A stretch of DNA of 64,000 nucleotides. Source: Alkalispirochaeta sp. Lineage in GTDB: Bacteria > Spirochaetota > Spirochaetia > DSM-27196 > Alkalispirochaetaceae. Shown here piece after piece: positions 58,179 to 64,000 of this stretch. The stretch lies in NCBI GenBank assembly GCA_965242725.1, contig CBDESZ010000020.1, positions 32,001 through 96,000 on the forward strand, read 5' to 3'. A program made the position numbers and the translations under genes. Positions within the stretch are counted from its first letter, which is position 1. Each line of letters begins with the position of its first letter. The notes under the pieces were generated by a model. The model ran no database searches and was not told where the DNA came from. It was given only the letters and a program-made list of their open reading frames with translations.

Positions 58179-60689
58179 ATGGCCAAAAAAAAAGTTGACA
58201 AACCGGAACTGACTCCTTCAAACAACCCCTTCAAGGGCACCGACGTGGAGTCTCTCATACACTCATTTGTGAATCACCTTGAATACAGTCAGGCAAAAGA
58301 TGAATACAGCGCCACCAAGCTCGATCTCTACAAGAGTCTCGCCCTGACGATGAGGGACCTCCTCTTTGAACGGTGGATCGATACTCAGCAGAGTTACTAT
58401 AAAAAACCGTCCAAGCGTATCTATTACCTCTCGCTGGAGTTTCTGATCGGGCGTACGTTGGATAACGCCATCATCAACCTTGGTATCCGCGAGGCGGTGG
58501 AAAAGGCATTGGGAGAGTGGAATCTCAACCTTGAAGACCTCGCGGAGATGGAGTTTGATGCAGGACTGGGCAACGGCGGGCTTGGCCGCCTGGCGGCGTG
58601 TTTTCTCGACTCAATGGCGACGCTGGCGCTGCCGGCCTACGGCTACGGAATCCGGTATGAGTACGGGATCTTCTTTCAGCGCATTCGCAACGGAGAGCAG
58701 GTTGAAACACCCGATCCCTGGCTGCGTTACGGGAACCCCTGGGAGATCGAGCGGCCGGAGTTTCTCTACCCCGTACATTTTTACGGTCAGGTGCAGCAAC
58801 GGACGGACGAGCAGGGACGGCAGCGGGTTGAATGGGTGGACACCCAGGAGGTGATGGCCATGGCCTACGACACCCCCGTGCCGGGGTACCGCAACGATAC
58901 GGTCAACAACATGCGTCTCTGGGCCGCCAAATCGACGCGTGACTTCGAGCTCAGTTACTTCAACCATGGGGACTATGAACGGGCCGTTGCGGACAAAGTT
59001 ATCACCGAGACGATATCCAAGGTGCTCTATCCCAACGACAACATATTCGAAGGAAAGGAATTGCGTCTCAAGCAGGAGTACTTCTTCGTTTCCGCAACGC
59101 TCCAGGACATCGTGCGCCGGTACAAAAAGACGAACGGCAATTTCGGCCGCTTTCCCGATGAGGTGGCGATTCAGCTCAACGATACACACCCGGCCGTCGG
59201 CATCGCCGAGCTCATGCGCATATTGGTTGACGTAGAGGGGGTGACCTGGAACACCGCCTGGGATATCACTGCCCGCACCTTCGCCTATACGAACCATACG
59301 GTCCTTCCGGAAGCCCTTGAACGGTGGCCGGTGGATCTCTTCGGCCGCGTTCTCCCGCGACATCTGCAGATCGTCTTTGAGATAAACCAACGTTTCATGG
59401 AAGAGGTAGCCCGCCTCTATCCGGGCGATACCGGGCGAATGGCGCGCATGTCCATCATAGAAGAGGGGGCGTCCAAGAAAATTCGTATGGCAAACCTTGC
59501 AATCGTGGGAAGCCATTCGGTGAACGGCGTCTCCGCGCTGCACAGCGAGATTATCAGGAACGACCTCTTCCGGGACTTTGCCGAGATGTGGCCGGACAAG
59601 TTCAACAACAAGACCAACGGTATAACGCAACGACGATGGCTCAAGAGCTGTAATCCCGGCCTCTCGCAGTTGATCAGCTCAAGAATTGGAGACGGGTGGG
59701 TGACCGATCTGGAGGAGCTGGAAAAACTCCTTCCCCTCGCGGAGGACGCGGAGTTCCGCGCGCAGTGGCGGAAGGTCAAACGCGCCAACAAGGAGCGAAT
59801 GTGCGCCTACATTCTCAAGCACAACAGTCTGGTGGTAGACGGGGACTCTCTCTTTGACTGTCAGGTAAAGCGCATACACGAGTACAAACGGCAGCTTCTG
59901 AACGTCCTCCACGTGATACACCTCTACAACACAATCAGGGACAATCCCGACGCGGAGACGGTACCGCGGACCGTCATATTCGGCGGCAAGGCGGCGCCGG
60001 GTTATCACATGGCAAAACTGATCATCCGCCTCATCAACGCGGTAGCGGAGGTCGTGAACAACGACGAGGCGACGGCGGACAAACTCCGGGTAGTCTTTCT
60101 GGCCAATTACAGCGTCAGTCTCGCGGAGAAACTGATGCCCGCCGCGGACCTCTCGGAGCAAATCTCGACCGCCGGCACCGAGGCGTCGGGAACGGGCAAT
60201 ATGAAATTCTCCCTTAACGGCGCTCTCACCATCGGCACTCTGGACGGTGCCAACGTGGAGATCCGTGAAGAGGTGGGCGCTGACAACATCTTTATCTTCG
60301 GCCTCAGAACGGAAGAAGTGGAGGCGACGCGCCGCGACGGCTACGACCCGTGGAAGTACTACAACGGTGACGCCGCCCTGCGGCGCGTACTGACGATGAT
60401 CTCGACGGGCCATTTTTCACCGGACGAGCCGGGACGGTTTACTCCGATCATCGATGCACTGCTTCAGCATGGCGACACGTACCGCCTCCTCGCCGATTTT
60501 CGTCCCTACATCGAGGCACAGGAAGAAGTCTCCACCCTCTACCGCGACGAGGAAGAGTGGACGAGAAAATCCATTCTCAACGTTGCCCGGATGGGAAAGT
60601 TCTCCAGCGACCGCACCATCAGGCAGTACGCCGAAGAGATATGGAACACCAAACCGGTGCCGGTGAAGCGTACGAAGAAGCGTTCCTGA
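58179..60689 (+). CDS. glgP: Glycogen/maltodextrin phosphorylase
   Basis: [53 protein letters not shown]. Confidence 0.97.
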   Translation: MAKKKVDKPELTPSNNPFKGTDVESLIHSFVNHLEYSQAKDEYSATKLDLYKSLALTMRDLLFERWIDTQQSYYKKPSKRIYYLSLEFLIGRTLDNAIINLGIREAVEKALGEWNLNLEDLAEMEFDAGLGNGGLGRLAACFLDSMATLALPAYGYGIRYEYGIFFQRIRNGEQVETPDPWLRYGNPWEIERPEFLYPVHFYGQVQQRTDEQGRQRVEWVDTQEVMAMAYDTPVPGYRNDTVNNMRLWAAKSTRDFELSYFNHGDYERAVADKVITETISKVLYPNDNIFEGKELRLKQEYFFVSATLQDIVRRYKKTNGNFGRFPDEVAIQLNDTHPAVGIAELMRILVDVEGVTWNTAWDITARTFAYTNHTVLPEALERWPVDLFGRVLPRHLQIVFEINQRFMEEVARLYPGDTGRMARMSIIEEGASKKIRMANLAIVGSHSVNGVSALHSEIIRNDLFRDFAEMWPDKFNNKTNGITQRRWLKSCNPGLSQLISSRIGDGWVTDLEELEKLLPLAEDAEFRAQWRKVKRANKERMCAYILKHNSLVVDGDSLFDCQVKRIHEYKRQLLNVLHVIHLYNTIRDNPDAETVPRTVIFGGKAAPGYHMAKLIIRLINAVAEVVNNDEATADKLRVVFLANYSVSLAEKLMPAADLSEQISTAGTEASGTGNMKFSLNGALTIGTLDGANVEIREEVGADNIFIFGLRTEEVEATRRDGYDPWKYYNGDAALRRVLTMISTGHFSPDEPGRFTPIIDALLQHGDTYRLLADFRPYIEAQEEVSTLYRDEEEWTRKSILNVARMGKFSSDRTIRQYAEEIWNTKPVPVKRTKKRS

Positions 60690-60819
60690 GGCGGTGTATC
60701 TGGGTGGGCAGGCGAGGCGGGTGGCCCTTGCCACTTTCACGATCGTACGCCTCAGATAACCGGATGGTTCGATCTAAAAAGTTTGATAAATTCTTGGTAT
60801 CAAATATAATTCATTTCAA

Positions 60820-62700
60820 ATGAAACGTTCATCGATTTTTGTCCTGCTGGCCATCAACGTCGGTGTGCCCCTGTTCTTCGGGGCTTTTGTTCGGGAGCAA
60901 TTTGTCGGGCTCTTTAATCCGTATATTGAATTAACCCTGGGTGAACGAGTTCTCTTCTCCCTGCGGCCGGTGAACTACGGTGCGGTGGTCTTCTTCGGCG
61001 TGCTGGCTCATGGTATGGTCATGGGGTTGCTGCGACCGCTGTCCCGCTATTTAAAGGGCGACAACGCGTTGTACGACCGCGCCCGTCGGGCGGCGCTCAG
61101 GGTTCCCTGGTTTCTCATCGCCGTTCACATGGTGTTGTGGTTCATCGGGGTGACGGTGGTATATGGAGTGCTTTACAAGTGGAACGCTCCAGGCGGCATC
61201 GGTTATGTGAAATCCCTGATCAACTCTCTGGCGACGGGGCTGATCACCGGCATCACCTCGGCCCTGGCGATCAACATCGTCCTCGTACCCTACAAGCTGG
61301 CGCTGAAGATGGTGGATATTCGCTCCGGCGAGCGTGATCTCTTTCTCCATATCAAGGATTTTCTCATCCTTGGCGCCGTTGCCCTCAACATGGGCGTCTT
61401 CTTTGAGCATATACTCATTTTTTATCGCGACGGGACCAACATTCCGCCCCTCTATGAGAATCACGTTACGGCGATCGTTCTTGTGACCCTCTTTTATGTT
61501 CTTGTTCTTTCCGGGCTGCTCCTGCTTTCCCGGAAGGAGAGCGCCAAACAGTACGGCTATCTGGAGGAACGGATCGATGAGTTGCGCCGCGCCGGGGGAG
61601 ATCTCTCGCAGATGGTCTATCTGGTAAACTTTGACGACCTCGGTCGAATTTCGGAAGGCATGAACGGGTTCATCTCGTCACTGGCGGAGATGATCGGAAC
61701 CATCGTGGACCGGGTACAGTCCCTCTCCGACGTCGGCCACGCCCTGGAACGGTCTATCCAGGCCGTGGAGCGTGAAGTGAGCAGGGACGGAGCCATCGTT
61801 TCCGATACGACGGGAAAGATCGGGGAGACGAGAGACAAAATCGGAAATTCGACGGAATCGGTCCTTGCCATAACCGGACAGGTGGCTTCCCTGGACGTAC
61901 AGGTCGCCGAACAATCAAGCGCCGTCGAGCAATCATCCGCAGCGGTGGAAGAGATGATCGCCGGCGTCAACTCAATCGGCACCCTCGTCCGGGACCTGGA
62001 GGCGATTTTTCAGAAACTTCGCCGGGCGATCCGGGACTCCCAGGAGCGCACCCAATCGATCACGGCAAACATGGCCGAGGTGGTGACCCAGGCGCAGGAA
62101 CTCGGCAAGGCAAACAAGCTCATTCAGGAGGTCGCGTCCAGGACGGGGCTTCTGGCGATGAACGCCGCCATCGAGGCGGCCCACGCGGGGAGCGCCGGTC
62201 ACGGATTTGCCGTCGTGGCCCAGGAGATCAGGGAGCTTGCGGAGAACAGCGCCGGCCAGTCACGACAGATCAGGGAAGCTCTGAAGACGACGACTCACCT
62301 CATCGAGTCGATCTCCCGGGAGGTAAACGCATCCGACGAAGCCCACTCGGTCATGGGTTCCCTCGTCGAGGAGACCCATCACATCGAGCAATCCGTCCTG
62401 AGCGCCCTCGAGGAACAGCAGGTGGGCAGCAACGAGGTACTCCAGACACTTGGTACGATGCGGGAGTCGACGTCGGCGGTAAAGGTTTCCGCCCAGGAAA
62501 TGAACGCCCAGGCGACGACGGTGCAGGAACGGATGCGGGACCTCATGGAACTGAGCGGCTCGCTGGAGGACGCAATTGGTCGCGTATCCGAAAGCAGCGA
62601 AACCATCGGCGCCACAACGGCGGAAATGACCGGGCAGAGTACGGAAATGGGCGCCGCCCTGGAGCACATCAGGCACCTGGTAAGCCGGTTTTCCCGGTGA
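60820..62700 (+). CDS. Methyl-accepting chemotaxis protein with multi-TM N-terminus
   Basis: About six N-terminal TM segments, HAMP-like GDLS..DDLG, signalling tip [28 protein letters not shown]. Confidence 0.92.
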   Translation: MKRSSIFVLLAINVGVPLFFGAFVREQFVGLFNPYIELTLGERVLFSLRPVNYGAVVFFGVLAHGMVMGLLRPLSRYLKGDNALYDRARRAALRVPWFLIAVHMVLWFIGVTVVYGVLYKWNAPGGIGYVKSLINSLATGLITGITSALAINIVLVPYKLALKMVDIRSGERDLFLHIKDFLILGAVALNMGVFFEHILIFYRDGTNIPPLYENHVTAIVLVTLFYVLVLSGLLLLSRKESAKQYGYLEERIDELRRAGGDLSQMVYLVNFDDLGRISEGMNGFISSLAEMIGTIVDRVQSLSDVGHALERSIQAVEREVSRDGAIVSDTTGKIGETRDKIGNSTESVLAITGQVASLDVQVAEQSSAVEQSSAAVEEMIAGVNSIGTLVRDLEAIFQKLRRAIRDSQERTQSITANMAEVVTQAQELGKANKLIQEVASRTGLLAMNAAIEAAHAGSAGHGFAVVAQEIRELAENSAGQSRQIREALKTTTHLIESISREVNASDEAHSVMGSLVEETHHIEQSVLSALEEQQVGSNEVLQTLGTMRESTSAVKVSAQEMNAQATTVQERMRDLMELSGSLEDAIGRVSESSETIGATTAEMTGQSTEMGAALEHIRHLVSRFSR

Positions 62701-62740
62701 CCAACGGGCCTTTAAGAGAGTGCGGGCCGGGAGCGTCGCA

Positions 62741-62769
62741 TTGACAATTGTCACGTGACAGATTACAAA
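62741..62769 (+). promoter_or_regulatory. higBA promoter with palindromic operator
   Basis: TTGACA-17 bp-TACAAA; perfect palindrome TGTCACGTGACA (62749-62760) in the spacer. Confidence 0.75.
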
Positions 62770-62774
62770 TTGAC

Positions 62775-63059
62775 GTGATAAAGACTTTCGCCGATAAGCA
62801 TACTCAAGGGTTCTACGTTACCGGAAGGTCAAGAAAGATTCCTCCGGACATTATCCGAAGGGCACGGAGAAAGCTTGAGTATGTCGATGTGGCGTCCAGG
62901 TTGGAGGACCTCAAGGTGCCTCCCGGAAATAGACTCCATCTCCTTCGGGAGGATCGAGAGAGGCAATACGCAAATCGAATTAATGATCAGTGGCGGGTGT
63001 GTTTTCAGTTTGTAGATGGTGATGCGTATAACGTTGAGATTACTGATTACCACTCGTAA
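62775..63059 (+). CDS. higB: HigB/RelE-family toxin
   Basis: MIKTF, DLKVPPGNRLH, RINDQWRVCF, VEITDYH; GTG start. Confidence 0.88.
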   Translation: MIKTFADKHTQGFYVTGRSRKIPPDIIRRARRKLEYVDVASRLEDLKVPPGNRLHLLREDRERQYANRINDQWRVCFQFVDGDAYNVEITDYHS

Positions 63060-63070
63060 AGGAGTAACCA

Positions 63071-63385
63071 ATGAGTATTCCAAATAATAGAGCAAGACAA
63101 ATTAAACCAATTCATCCCGGTGAAATGCTAAGAGAAGATTTTATGTCCGATTTCGGACTGACCGTTTCTCAACTGGCCGCCGCGTTATGCGTTTCCCGGC
63201 AATCGGTGAATGAGCTTGTTCGCGAGCGCCGAGCGGTCAGTCCGGAGATGGCCCTTCGACTGTCTCGGCTGTTTGGTAACTCGCCCGAATTCTGGCTAAA
63301 CGCACAGCGGGCAGTGGATCTTTGGAATGCCGAACAGGCGGCGGGTTCCGACATTAAACGCGTAAAACCTTTGGATGTTGCATAA
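63071..63385 (+). CDS. higA: HigA antitoxin (HTH)
   Basis: PIHPGEMLREDF, VSPEMALRLSRLFG.SPEFWLNAQ. Confidence 0.93.
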   Translation: MSIPNNRARQIKPIHPGEMLREDFMSDFGLTVSQLAAALCVSRQSVNELVRERRAVSPEMALRLSRLFGNSPEFWLNAQRAVDLWNAEQAAGSDIKRVKPLDVA

Positions 63386-63512
63386 GAACAACGTGTGATG
63401 AATTCGATGTAGCACCGGGACACTTTATTCAAATACGATTATCACCCCTTTTTACCGGAAGAAACGGAAAAGTGCGGGAGACGCGTGCGACTTTGCGCGC
63501 CGCACCCGGTAA

Positions 63513-63666
63513 GCGTCCGACAGAGAGGGCCGGCGCATAACGACACGTTAGAACGAGGCATCGGCGCAGATAGAAACGCTGATGCACCAGTTCAAGGCGG
63601 AAGATCCGGATATACGCGCCATAATCCTCATTGGCTCCCTCGCGTCGGGTGCGCCGACAAAGAACC
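63513..63666 (+). pseudogene. Remnant of a minimal nucleotidyltransferase (MNT) gene N-terminus
   Basis: Frame reads RRITTR*NEASAQIETLMHQFKAEDPDIRAIILIGSLASG; the DxD motif is absent before the convergent gene. Confidence 0.4.
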
Positions 63667-64000
63667 TTACAGTAAATCCGGATACCGCTCCCGCAGCGCC
63701 TTGCGGAAAGCCGGGGGCTTCAGTCCCAACAGACGCGCCGCCTCCGCCTTGTTACCGTCGGCACGGCGCAATGCTTCGGCGTACCAGGCGCGTTCGGTAT
63801 CCAAAAGGATGTCGGTCACATCCACCGGAGTGTCGCCGGTCCACATCGTGGATGGGGAAGGCGCGGGTGATACGGGGGAGGTCGGTTCGGGTCCGCCTGC
63901 CGTACCGGGTACATCTCCGTCGTAAAGAATTTCCTGCACCTCCGCTGCGTCGATCACATCCGTCTCGGCATATGAACAGAGTTGGCGTACCGTATTTTGC
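63667..64000 (-). CDS. C-terminal part of a sigma54-interacting (Fis-HTH) regulator, truncated by the window edge
   Basis: QNTVRQLC...EALRRADGNKAEAARLLGL. Confidence 0.75.
   Translation of the reverse strand, partial: QNTVRQLCSYAETDVIDAAEVQEILYDGDVPGTAGGPEPTSPVSPAPSPSTMWTGDTPVDVTDILLDTERAWYAEALRRADGNKAEAARLLGLKPPAFRKALRERYPDLL

Noticed and set aside
63380..63555. Integron attC site after higBA
   Set aside because: GCATAAC/GTTAGAA do not form complementary core sites with a convincing stem, and no integrase is visible

Overview
GC-rich bacterial chromosome segment, most likely from a free-living anaerobic spirochaete (inferred from FASGxxE/YAGGQGE-type signal peptides and the flgF-flgG-flgJ-sigma-deacetylase-tsaD gene order). 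In order it holds: a cNMP/Crp pair, a hydrolase, a Na+/solute symporter, an output-less PAS/GAF protein and a DUF1576 pair; a ~14 kb Mrp-type Mbx/MBS-like respiratory operon with fused antiporter subunits, a NuoI-GltD fusion, NfnAB and a Cys-containing ArsR; a thioredoxin-membrane fusion; a TRAP/NagA/SIS amino-sugar cluster; an araNPQ-abfA cluster; three tRNAs; flagellar rod genes under a sigma28 promoter; an RpoS-like sigma gene under a consensus sigma54 promoter with tandem enhancer palindromes; an ABC importer operon; fapA, glgP, an MCP and higBA. The strongest novelty candidate is the ABC operon (46.4-54.0 kb), where a paralogous copy of the permease is fused in one frame to a LytS-type histidine kinase, followed by a LytTR regulator, with LytTR-type direct repeats in the operon promoter: a putative ABC-permease 'transceptor'. 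No CRISPR array, rRNA or intact mobile element was seen. All calls come from motif recognition by eye; no searches were run, and several starts were moved from the ORF track using RBS or promoter context.
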